This document shows positions 56,064 to 64,000 of a stretch of 64,000 nucleotides of DNA, one piece after another. The stretch spans positions 96,001 to 160,000 of the forward strand of contig CAXXLL010000002.1 of NCBI GenBank assembly GCA_963662545.2, written 5' to 3'. This DNA is from Gammaproteobacteria bacterium. Its GTDB lineage: Bacteria > Pseudomonadota > Gammaproteobacteria > Ga0077536. The position numbers and the translations under genes were made by a program. The notes beneath the pieces are model-generated. The model did no database searches, was not told the DNA's origin, and saw nothing but the letters and a program-made list of their open reading frames with translations. Position 1 is the stretch's first letter, and every line of letters begins with the position of its first letter.

Positions 56064-56867
56064 ATGAGACGGATAGCGAAGCAATTTGGCGTACTCAGAT
56101 CGGCAGATCGAAAGGGCCTGGTCACCTTTATTACGGCCGGCGATCCGAGTGTGAAAGAAACCCCCGGCCTCATGCACACGCTAGTCCGGGGCGGTGCGGA
56201 TATCATCGAACTGGGCGTCCCATTTTCCGATCCGATGGCGGACGGGCCAGTGATTCAACGTGCCAGTGAGAGGGCTGTCAAGGCCGGAGTTTCGCTCGGT
56301 GACGTGCTCGATTGCGTTACGGAATTTCGCAGGACCGACGGGAAGACGCCGGTCGTGCTGATGGGATATCTCAATCCGTTCGAGCATATTGGGGCTGAAA
56401 CCTTTGCAAAACGGGCCGTTAGAGCCGGGGTGGACGGTGTTTTGGTAGTTGATATGCCGCCCGAAGAAGCGCTGGAATTTCACGGTCATCTCGAAAGCGC
56501 CGGACTCGATCAAATATTTCTCGTTGCACCGAATTCCCAAGTCGAGCGCATTCGTAACATCTGCCAGCTCGCCTCGGGATTCGTGTATTTCGTCGCCGTC
56601 AAAGGCGTGACCGGCGACAAGGAAATCGACATTGATGCGATCAATGCGAGAATCGCCGCTACGAGCGCGATGGCTGGTCTTCCTGTTGGTCTGGGGTTCG
56701 GCATTAAAACACCCGCGGCGGCGGCGCGGGCATCGACCGTGGCTGATGCCGTTATCGTGGGCAGCGCGCTCGTGGAATTAATCGACAATGTCGGTGCTGG
56801 TGCCGCAGATTTGGAACGATTTGTGAGCGAGTTGCGGCAGGCGATCGACGCCCAAACCGCCGCATGA
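56064..56867 (+). CDS. trpA: Tryptophan synthase alpha subunit
   Basis: [32 protein letters not shown]. Confidence 0.97.
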   Translation: MRRIAKQFGVLRSADRKGLVTFITAGDPSVKETPGLMHTLVRGGADIIELGVPFSDPMADGPVIQRASERAVKAGVSLGDVLDCVTEFRRTDGKTPVVLMGYLNPFEHIGAETFAKRAVRAGVDGVLVVDMPPEEALEFHGHLESAGLDQIFLVAPNSQVERIRNICQLASGFVYFVAVKGVTGDKEIDIDAINARIAATSAMAGLPVGLGFGIKTPAAAARASTVADAVIVGSALVELIDNVGAGAADLERFVSELRQAIDAQTAA

Positions 56868-56880
56868 TAGGAATTCAGCC

Positions 56881-57813
56881 TTGAACTGGTTCAAAAAGCT
56901 CCTGCCGACGAGAATACGCACCGAAGGCAAGGCCAAGCGCTCCATCCCGGAGGGATTATGGACTAGTTGTCCCGAGTGCAAAGCGGTACTTTACCGGGCC
57001 GAACTCGAGCGCAACCTGGAAGTCTGCATCAAGTGCGGTTACCACCTGCGTGTCGGTGCGCGGCAACGCCTCGAAAAGTTTCTGGATCCCGGCAGCGGTA
57101 AAGAACTGGCGATCGAATTGGAACCGGTAGATTTCCTCAAATTCAAAGACACTAAGCGTTACCGTGATCGAATCGCTGCGGCGCAAAAGGCAACTGGTGA
57201 GCGCGACGCCTTGATCGTCATGGAAGGCCGCGTCAACGGATTGCCGCTGGTGGTTTGCGCATTCGAATTCAAATTCATGGGCGGATCGATGGGTTCGGTC
57301 GTCGGCGAACGTTTTGTTCGCGCGGTTCGGCGCTGTATCGAGGCACGCCTCCCGCTGGTCTGTTTTTGCGCGAGCGGCGGGGCGAGGATGCAGGAAGCGA
57401 TCGTTTCACTGATGCAGATGGCGAAGACCAGCGCGGCGATCGCGGAATTGAAGGAGCATCGCCTCGCTTATATCACGGTCCTGACCGATCCGACGACCGG
57501 CGGCGTGTCCGCGAGTGTAGGAACGCTTGGCGACCTCATCATTGCCGAGCCCGCCGCCCTGATCGGGTTCGCAGGACCGCGGGTCATCGAGCAAACCGTC
57601 GGCGAAATATTGCCGGAGGGGTTTCAACGCAGCGAGTTTCTGCTTGAACACGGTGCCGTCGATATGATGGTTGACCGCCGTGAACTCAAGGCAACGATCG
57701 CGTCAATACTTTCTATTCTGAGCCACCACCAGGCCGTCGAACAAAGCGATGCCGAAGTGCAACAGACGACTGCGGATGCGGTCCCGCCATCGGCAACGAC
57801 GGACACCGAGTGA
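56881..57813 (+). CDS. accD: Acetyl-CoA carboxylase carboxyltransferase beta
   Basis: GLWT.CPEC zinc finger, [31 protein letters not shown]. Confidence 0.97.
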   Translation: MNWFKKLLPTRIRTEGKAKRSIPEGLWTSCPECKAVLYRAELERNLEVCIKCGYHLRVGARQRLEKFLDPGSGKELAIELEPVDFLKFKDTKRYRDRIAAAQKATGERDALIVMEGRVNGLPLVVCAFEFKFMGGSMGSVVGERFVRAVRRCIEARLPLVCFCASGGARMQEAIVSLMQMAKTSAAIAELKEHRLAYITVLTDPTTGGVSASVGTLGDLIIAEPAALIGFAGPRVIEQTVGEILPEGFQRSEFLLEHGAVDMMVDRRELKATIASILSILSHHQAVEQSDAEVQQTTADAVPPSATTDTE

Positions 57814-59147
57814 TGGTTGCCAGAACAGAAGGTTTGATTGCCCTCGATCCCACCGATATGTCCGGCAGGTTCGACTCGCTGGCAGCCTGGCTTGCCTGGC
57901 TCGAAGCAGGGCACGGCGTGCACATCGAGCTGGGACTCGAGCGCTGCAGGGAAGTCGCCGCGAATCTCGGTCTGGGAAAACCAGCGCCTACCGTGATTAC
58001 GGTCGCCGGGACTAATGGTAAGGGATCGAGCGTTGCTCTGCTGGAGAGCGTCTGGCGGGATGCGGGTTATCGGGTCGGTACCTATACCTCACCGCACCTC
58101 GTACGCTACAACGAACGCATATGCATAGATGGCGTCGAAACAGAAGATGCGACAATATGCGCCGCCTTAGAGAGCGTCGAAAGTACCCGCCGCGGGGTAC
58201 CCCTGACGTACTTCGAGTTTGGCACCCTGGCGGCGCTCAAGATATTCGAGCAGTCATTCCTGGATATCGCGATCCTCGAAGTCGGTCTTGGCGGGCGTCT
58301 CGATGCGGTCAATATCGTCGACTCGGATGTCGCGTTGATCGCCGCGATCGGTCTCGATCACGAGGACTGGTTGGGATCGTCGCGCGAGGAAATTGCGATC
58401 GAGAAAGCCGGAATTATGCGTCCTGGACGACCCGTCATCTGTTCGGATAATGAGGCACCAGAGTCTATCTTGGCGACTGCGGAAACCATCGGCGCGAAGG
58501 CCGAATTGCTGGGCGTCGACTACGCATTCGAAGACGAAGAGACGTCATGGACCTGGTGGTCCGGACCGACGGTGCTGTCCGGTCTGCCGCTACCGGCGCT
58601 CGCTGGGAAGCACCAGTTACGGAACGCGGCCGGCGCCCTGAAGGTCATCGACGCAATGCAGCATCGCCATCCCGTCCCGGCGACTCATATTCACCGCGGT
58701 CTCGAACACGTGGTTTTGCACGGCAGGTTTCATCGCGTTCTCGGCGCTTTCGAGTACATAATGGATGTCGCGCACAACCCGCAGGCGGTGGAAACTTTTG
58801 TCGCGACAATAGGTGCGTTGCCTCGACCGGCACGTACGCATGCTTTAATCGGTATGCTCAATACCAAGAATCACGTGGAATACCTAAGGCGTCTGCTGCA
58901 CGTGGCCGATACCTGGCATTTTGCTTCGCTTCCCGGATCCATGGGTGCAAAAGCTGAAGTGTTGCGCCGGAGCTTCCATCAGCTGGTTCGGAAAGGGGAT
59001 TGTGCCTGCTATCAGTCAGTTCACGATGCACACACTTCGATTATTGCCGGAGCCGATTCTAGCGATCGCATACTCATACTCGGCTCGTTCTTAACCGTTG
59101 GTGCGCTCATGAAACTAGTTCACGGCGAACGCGAGTCGGTCGGTTAA
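57810..59147 (+). CDS. folC: Folylpolyglutamate synthase / dihydrofolate synthase
   Basis: [34 protein letters not shown]. Confidence 0.96.
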   Translation: MMVARTEGLIALDPTDMSGRFDSLAAWLAWLEAGHGVHIELGLERCREVAANLGLGKPAPTVITVAGTNGKGSSVALLESVWRDAGYRVGTYTSPHLVRYNERICIDGVETEDATICAALESVESTRRGVPLTYFEFGTLAALKIFEQSFLDIAILEVGLGGRLDAVNIVDSDVALIAAIGLDHEDWLGSSREEIAIEKAGIMRPGRPVICSDNEAPESILATAETIGAKAELLGVDYAFEDEETSWTWWSGPTVLSGLPLPALAGKHQLRNAAGALKVIDAMQHRHPVPATHIHRGLEHVVLHGRFHRVLGAFEYIMDVAHNPQAVETFVATIGALPRPARTHALIGMLNTKNHVEYLRRLLHVADTWHFASLPGSMGAKAEVLRRSFHQLVRKGDCACYQSVHDAHTSIIAGADSSDRILILGSFLTVGALMKLVHGERESVG

Positions 59148-59737
59148 TGGACCGTCAGCTCAAGCAAAGAGTCGTCGGCGCCGCCGTGCTCGTCGCATTC
59201 GGCGTCGTATTCATCCCCATTTTCCTGGATAACGGGGCACTCGATACCACTATTCCTGACATTACCGGTATACCACCGATGCCGGATCGCGATTTCTCTT
59301 CACGCGTTATTCCCTTGAGTGAAGAGAAAATAGCGAAACTGAAGGCGGACGCTGCCGCTACAGTTCGGATACCCGAGCGGGAAACGTCCAGGCGTGTTCC
59401 CGCGACTCTCGAACCTTCACCGCGATCTCAAGCTTCGACTATCATCGACGAAAGCGCGCCCGGGCCTTATGACAACCGCGAAGCGGCGCCCAGGACCGGC
59501 GTCGTCGCATGGTCGGTACAACTCGGAAGTTTTTCCAATAGCGAGAATGCTAAACGGCTGATCGAAAAGCTCCGCGCGGAGGGGTTTCCCGCGTATCTGG
59601 AGAGACGCATGGAACAGGATGGCGCCGTATTCAAGGTGCGCGTTGGACCGGAAATCCGAAGAGAGGATGCAGAGCGCCTGCGCGCGCGGCTCGAGGACCA
59701 ATTTACGCTCAAGGGGATGTTATTGCGCTACCAATGA
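59147..59737 (+). CDS. dedD: SPOR-domain cell division protein
   Basis: LKQRVVGAAVL TM; WSVQLGSFS...VRVGP SPOR; folC-cvpA synteny. Confidence 0.9.
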   Translation: MDRQLKQRVVGAAVLVAFGVVFIPIFLDNGALDTTIPDITGIPPMPDRDFSSRVIPLSEEKIAKLKADAAATVRIPERETSRRVPATLEPSPRSQASTIIDESAPGPYDNREAAPRTGVVAWSVQLGSFSNSENAKRLIEKLRAEGFPAYLERRMEQDGAVFKVRVGPEIRREDAERLRARLEDQFTLKGMLLRYQ

Positions 59738-59827
59738 TACCGCCGTCGATAGGCTGCTCGACGAGGTGTCTTCAGGTGACATCACCTCTCTGCTACACTC
59801 GTTTTTCCGACGCGCGCCGGCCTTTCT

Positions 59828-60316
59828 ATGAACTGGGCGGATATCATCATCATCAGTATCATCCTGGTCTCCACTGTGATCAGTTTATTCAGGGGATTCG
59901 TCCGTGAGATCCTCTCACTCGTGGCATGGATCGTCTCTTTCTGGGCGGCAGCTACGTTTGCACCACAGGTTGCAACCTTACTTGAAAGCTATCTCTCAAT
60001 CCCTACGGCGCGCACCATTCTCGCTTTCATCGGCGTGCTTGTCGTGGCGCTCGTATTGAGCGGCCTCGTGAACACTATGATCGGTCGCCTGATTGAAAAA
60101 ACGGGCCTGTCCGGCACCGACCGTATGCTGGGCGGCATATTCGGCCTACTCAGGGGTGTGGCTATCGTGGCAGTCGTCGTACTGATCGCTGGACTGACAC
60201 AAATTCCTGGCGCACCCTGGTGGCAGCAATCGCAGGTCATTGCGCCGTTCGAAACTGCGGCATTGCAAATCGTCGACTATATGCCGCCCGATCTGTCCAA
60301 ACACTTCAGTTACTGA
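59828..60316 (+). CDS. cvpA: CvpA family membrane protein
   Basis: RGFVREILSL, GLSGTDRMLGGIFG. Confidence 0.93.
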   Translation: MNWADIIIISIILVSTVISLFRGFVREILSLVAWIVSFWAAATFAPQVATLLESYLSIPTARTILAFIGVLVVALVLSGLVNTMIGRLIEKTGLSGTDRMLGGIFGLLRGVAIVAVVVLIAGLTQIPGAPWWQQSQVIAPFETAALQIVDYMPPDLSKHFSY

Positions 60317-60331
60317 CTCGAGCAGAACACT

Positions 60332-61861
60332 ATGTGCGGAATCATCGGAATCGTCGCGAAATCCGCGGTCAACCAGATGATCTACGACGGCCTGACCGTA
60401 TTACAACACCGCGGACAGGACGCTGCGGGCATCGCCACTTACGAGGAAAGCCGACTGTATTTGCGAAAGTCGAACGGATTGGTGCGCGATGTCTTTCGTA
60501 CGCGCCACATGGTCAACCTGCGCGGGCGCATGGGCATCGGGCACGTCAGATATCCGACTGCTGGCTTGTCGTCTAACGCGGAGGCGCAGCCCTTTTACGT
60601 CAACTCACCTTACGGCATCACGCTCGCTCACAATGGCAATCTGACGAATTCCGATCACCTCAAACAGGAATTGTTCGAGGATGATCTGCGGCACATCAAC
60701 ACCGAGTCGGACTCGGAAGTCCTGCTGAACGTCTTCGCCCACGAACTTCAAAGCTTCGGCAAGTTCCGGATCGGACCGGATGATATTTTTAGCGCGATCG
60801 ACCGCGTCCATGAACGATGTTCGGGCGGTTATTCCGCGGTGGCCATGATCACCGGTGTGGGAATTGTCGCGTTTCGCGATCCTTACGGGATCCGCCCGAT
60901 CGTATTCGGTAAACGTGAAACCGCAAAAGGGATGGATTACATCGTATCCTCGGAAAGCGTTGCGATCGACGCTCTGGGCTTCGAGTTGATTCGCGATCTC
61001 GCTCCCGGAGAAGTTATTTTCATCAGTAAGGAAGGCGAGGTTCATACGCACCTTTACGCGGCCGCTACACACTATGCACCCTGTATCTTCGAGCACGTCT
61101 ACCTGGCACGACCGGATTCAATCATCGACGGTATTTCGGTACACAAGGCCAGGATGCGCATGGGTGAAGCCCTCGCTGAAAAGATAAGCCGCGATTGGAG
61201 CCACCACGAAATCGACGTCGTTATTCCGATCCCGGATACGGCGCGCACGGCAGCGGTGGAGCTCGCGAATTCTCTTGACCTTAAATATCGCGAAGGATTC
61301 ATCAAAAATCGATATATCCCGCGGACATTCATCATGCCGGGGCAAGCAGCCCGGCGTAAGTCGGTGCGGCAGAAGCTGAACGCCATCGGTCTCGAGTTTG
61401 ACGGCAAGAACGTGCTGCTGGTGGATGATTCGATCGTGCGTGGAACGACTTCCTTGCAGATTATCGAAATGGCCAGGGAGGCGGGGGCGCGTAAGGTCTA
61501 CTTTGCCTCGGCGGCGCCGCCGGTGCGCTTTCCCAATGTCTATGGAATCGACATGCCGACCAGCGAGGAGTTGATCGCTCACAATCGGACTACGGAAGAA
61601 GTGTGCGAATTAATAGGTGCCGACGGTTTGATTTATCAAGACCTCGAAGCGCTGGTGGACGCTGCGCGCCGCGGCAATCCCGAGATCACGGCTTTCGAGC
61701 AGTCTTGTTTCAGCGGCGAGTACATTACCGGGGACGTCAGTGAGGTCTATCTGCGCCACGTCAGCACGTTGCGATCGGACGAGGCCAAGCTGCGGCGCGA
61801 CGAGGAAGACGATTCGCTGCAGGACCTTTTTACTGCCGGCGAGGTATCCCTCGACGCCTGA
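60332..61861 (+). CDS. purF: Amidophosphoribosyltransferase
   Basis: [29 protein letters not shown]. Confidence 0.98.
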   Translation: MCGIIGIVAKSAVNQMIYDGLTVLQHRGQDAAGIATYEESRLYLRKSNGLVRDVFRTRHMVNLRGRMGIGHVRYPTAGLSSNAEAQPFYVNSPYGITLAHNGNLTNSDHLKQELFEDDLRHINTESDSEVLLNVFAHELQSFGKFRIGPDDIFSAIDRVHERCSGGYSAVAMITGVGIVAFRDPYGIRPIVFGKRETAKGMDYIVSSESVAIDALGFELIRDLAPGEVIFISKEGEVHTHLYAAATHYAPCIFEHVYLARPDSIIDGISVHKARMRMGEALAEKISRDWSHHEIDVVIPIPDTARTAAVELANSLDLKYREGFIKNRYIPRTFIMPGQAARRKSVRQKLNAIGLEFDGKNVLLVDDSIVRGTTSLQIIEMAREAGARKVYFASAAPPVRFPNVYGIDMPTSEELIAHNRTTEEVCELIGADGLIYQDLEALVDAARRGNPEITAFEQSCFSGEYITGDVSEVYLRHVSTLRSDEAKLRRDEEDDSLQDLFTAGEVSLDA

Positions 61862-61970
61862 TCCGTTGATACATCGAAGACGGTGTCGACTTGATCGCGG
61901 ACTTCCACCAGGTCCTCGGCGGGATCGCGTAGCGCGGAACGACGACGTGCAACGGTGACCTTCTCGACGA

Positions 61971-62942
61971 GTGACTAAACCGAGAGTCATCGTTACCCGG
62001 CGCTGGCCGGCGGCGGTTGAAAGGGAATTAAACGGCCGCTTCGACGCCGTGCTCAATCCCAGCGATACGCCGATGTCCGACGAAGTGCTTGCAGAAGCAT
62101 TCAAGCGTGCCGATGCTGTTTGTCCGACCGTGTCCGATTCGCTGTCCGCAAACGTTTTCCAGGCGGCCGATCCTCGCGTCCGCGTCATTGCTAATTTTGG
62201 CGCCGGAATCAGCCATATCGATCTGGAAATGGCCCGCGAGCGGCGGATTATTGTCACCAATACGCCGGATGTGCTGACCGACTGCACCGCCGATCTCGCG
62301 ATAATGCTGATGCTTATGGTGGCGCGCCGGGCCGGTGAAGGGGAGCGAGAACTACGCGCGGGTGCATGGCGCGGCTGGCGCCCGACCCACATGATGGGCA
62401 CCCGGGTCAGCGGCAAAACGCTTGGCCTGGTCGGCTTTGGCCGCATCGGCCGCGCGGTCGCTCTGCGCGCGCATTCGGGTTTCGGCATGCGGGTCATCTA
62501 CCATACGCCACACCCGCCGCCGCCGGAGGTGAGCGAAGCCCTTGGCGCCTGCAGCGTCGATAGCCTCGAAGATTTGATCGTCGCTGCCGATTTTATATCC
62601 TTGCATTGCCCGGGGGGCGGAGTAACGCGCCATTTGTTTAACGAAGAACGTATCGCGCTCGTGCGCAGGCACGCCTTTCTGATCAATACAGCGCGTGGTG
62701 AAGTCGTCGACCACGGCGCTTTAATCGCGGCTCTGAAGGCCGGAAGCATCGCCGGTGCCGCGCTCGACGTTTACGAAGGCGAGCCGGAAGTGCCCGCCGG
62801 ACTCAAGTCGATGGACAAGGTCGTGCTTCTGCCTCATCTCGGCAGCGCGTCGCGCGAAACGCGCATCGCGATGGGTATGCGAGTGGTCGAAAATCTAGAG
62901 GCATTCTTCGCGGGCCGTGAGCCGCCGGATCGGGTAAATTAA
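61971..62942 (+). CDS. D-isomer-specific 2-hydroxyacid dehydrogenase (glyoxylate/hydroxypyruvate reductase-like)
   Basis: VTNTPDVLT, GFGRIG, INTARG, LDVYEGEP, PHLGSA. Confidence 0.92.
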   Translation: MTKPRVIVTRRWPAAVERELNGRFDAVLNPSDTPMSDEVLAEAFKRADAVCPTVSDSLSANVFQAADPRVRVIANFGAGISHIDLEMARERRIIVTNTPDVLTDCTADLAIMLMLMVARRAGEGERELRAGAWRGWRPTHMMGTRVSGKTLGLVGFGRIGRAVALRAHSGFGMRVIYHTPHPPPPEVSEALGACSVDSLEDLIVAADFISLHCPGGGVTRHLFNEERIALVRRHAFLINTARGEVVDHGALIAALKAGSIAGAALDVYEGEPEVPAGLKSMDKVVLLPHLGSASRETRIAMGMRVVENLEAFFAGREPPDRVN

Positions 62943-63037
62943 TCCAAATTCTCTAGCGCGCGAATTCTCCTACCATCGTCTGCGGTCCGATGGCACAATG
63001 GCCTTCCCCAACGAGGCCGAACCATGCGGAGGTAGCA

Positions 63038-63523
63038 GTGACAATTCAAGTAGGCGACAAAATGCCGGAAGGCGCTTTTGGAATGATGACCGCCGAAGGA
63101 CCAGGCGCCGTTTCGACGGCTGACTTGTTCGGCGGCAAGAAAGTCGTGCTCTTTTCAGTGCCGGGTGCGTTTACTCCGGCGTGTTCTTCGACGCATTTAC
63201 CGGGATTCATCAAACAGGCCGGCGCGATCAAGGGCAAGGGCGTGGATACTATCGCCTGTCTCGCGGTGAACGATGTGTTCGTGATGGACGCCTGGGGTAA
63301 GAATCAAAATGCCGGCGACGACGTCATGTTGCTCGCGGACGGCAATGCGGAATACACCAAGGCGCTCGGACTCGATCTGGACGCGACGGGATTCGGGATG
63401 GGTATACGCGGACAACGTTTTGCAATTGTGGTCGAAAACGGCGTCGCGACGCAGGTCCACTGCGAAGCCGCGGCAACCGACGTCAAGGAAAGTTCCGCCG
63501 AGAATATTTTGAGTAATCTCTAG
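63038..63523 (+). CDS. Peroxiredoxin (Prx5 type)
   Basis: PGAFTPACS..HLPG, VNDVFVM.AW, LADGN. Confidence 0.93.
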   Translation: MTIQVGDKMPEGAFGMMTAEGPGAVSTADLFGGKKVVLFSVPGAFTPACSSTHLPGFIKQAGAIKGKGVDTIACLAVNDVFVMDAWGKNQNAGDDVMLLADGNAEYTKALGLDLDATGFGMGIRGQRFAIVVENGVATQVHCEAAATDVKESSAENILSNL

Positions 63524-63566
63524 CCGGTTAGCGTAAATCCCCGTCTCTTCGAAACCTTCTGCCAGG

Positions 63567-64000
63567 GTGGCTGATGCGCCGAAACACATGTCGGCCGAGG
63601 AGTTTCGTCGCGCGGGCCACGCGGTTATCGATTGGTTGGCGGAGTATTACGAACGCGTAGAATCCTTTCCGGTACAACCGGATGTCCACCCGGGTGATAT
63701 CCGTGGGCGGCTTCCGATAGCGCCACCGGCGCAAGGCGAATCGTTTGATGCAATCATGGCGGATCTCGAACGCGTCGTGATCCCCGGCCTCATGCATTGG
63801 CAATCGCCGAACTTTTTCGGCTACTTTCCCGCCAATACCTCACCGCCGTCCGTGCTCGGCGATCTCGTCAGTTCGGGGCTGGGCGTACAGGGAATGTTGT
63901 GGCAAACGAGCCCGGCGTGTACTGAAATTGAGACCCATGTCCTCGATTGGCTGGTCGACATGCTCGGTTTGCCGGGGAAGTTCAAATCCACGACTCAGCG
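63567..64000 (+). CDS. PLP-dependent aromatic-L-amino-acid decarboxylase-like protein, runs off the window
   Basis: Manual translation: MSAEEFRRAGHAVIDWLAEY...PGLMHWQSPNFFGYFPAN...SPACTEIETHVLDWL (group II decarboxylase motifs); absent from the ORF track because there is no stop in the window. Confidence 0.88.
   Translation, partial: MADAPKHMSAEEFRRAGHAVIDWLAEYYERVESFPVQPDVHPGDIRGRLPIAPPAQGESFDAIMADLERVVIPGLMHWQSPNFFGYFPANTSPPSVLGDLVSSGLGVQGMLWQTSPACTEIETHVLDWLVDMLGLPGKFKSTTQ

Overview
GC-rich Gammaproteobacterial chromosome segment in two parts. (1) Bases 1-~19220 are the right-hand part of a genomic island integrated at the 3' end of the tmRNA gene (ssrA, 19221-19583, minus strand), with a P4-like integrase beside it. 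The island carries a type I RM HsdR plus M48 peptidase, two uncharacterised genes, and an AlpA / HTH-Zn / tyrosine-recombinase operon. The rest is a heavily IS-scarred zone (IS21, IS3 remnant, IS6, IS3) containing a truncated TIR-STAND (NLR-like) gene, an outer-membrane beta-barrel gene, a lambda-like cos/terS-type fragment, an N6-methylase fragment and a truncated 9x42-aa TPR gene. (2) Bases ~19220-64000 are core housekeeping DNA: smpB, NSS transporter, ratAB, bamE, fur, recN, nadK, hrcA-grpE-dnaK-dnaJ, dapB, carAB, greA, rlmE, ftsH, glmM, dapD/dapC, leuB, asd, fimV, truA, trpFBA, accD, folC, dedD, cvpA, purF and others. This core region carries at least three families of non-coding hairpin MITE-like elements with 4-bp target duplications. 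They sit inside operons, rewrite gene 3' ends, nest in each other, and one sits immediately upstream of the ssrA -10 box. smpB is frameshifted and hrcA is broken by a tandem duplication; either could be an assembly artefact. All family assignments come from motif recognition only; no database searches were run.
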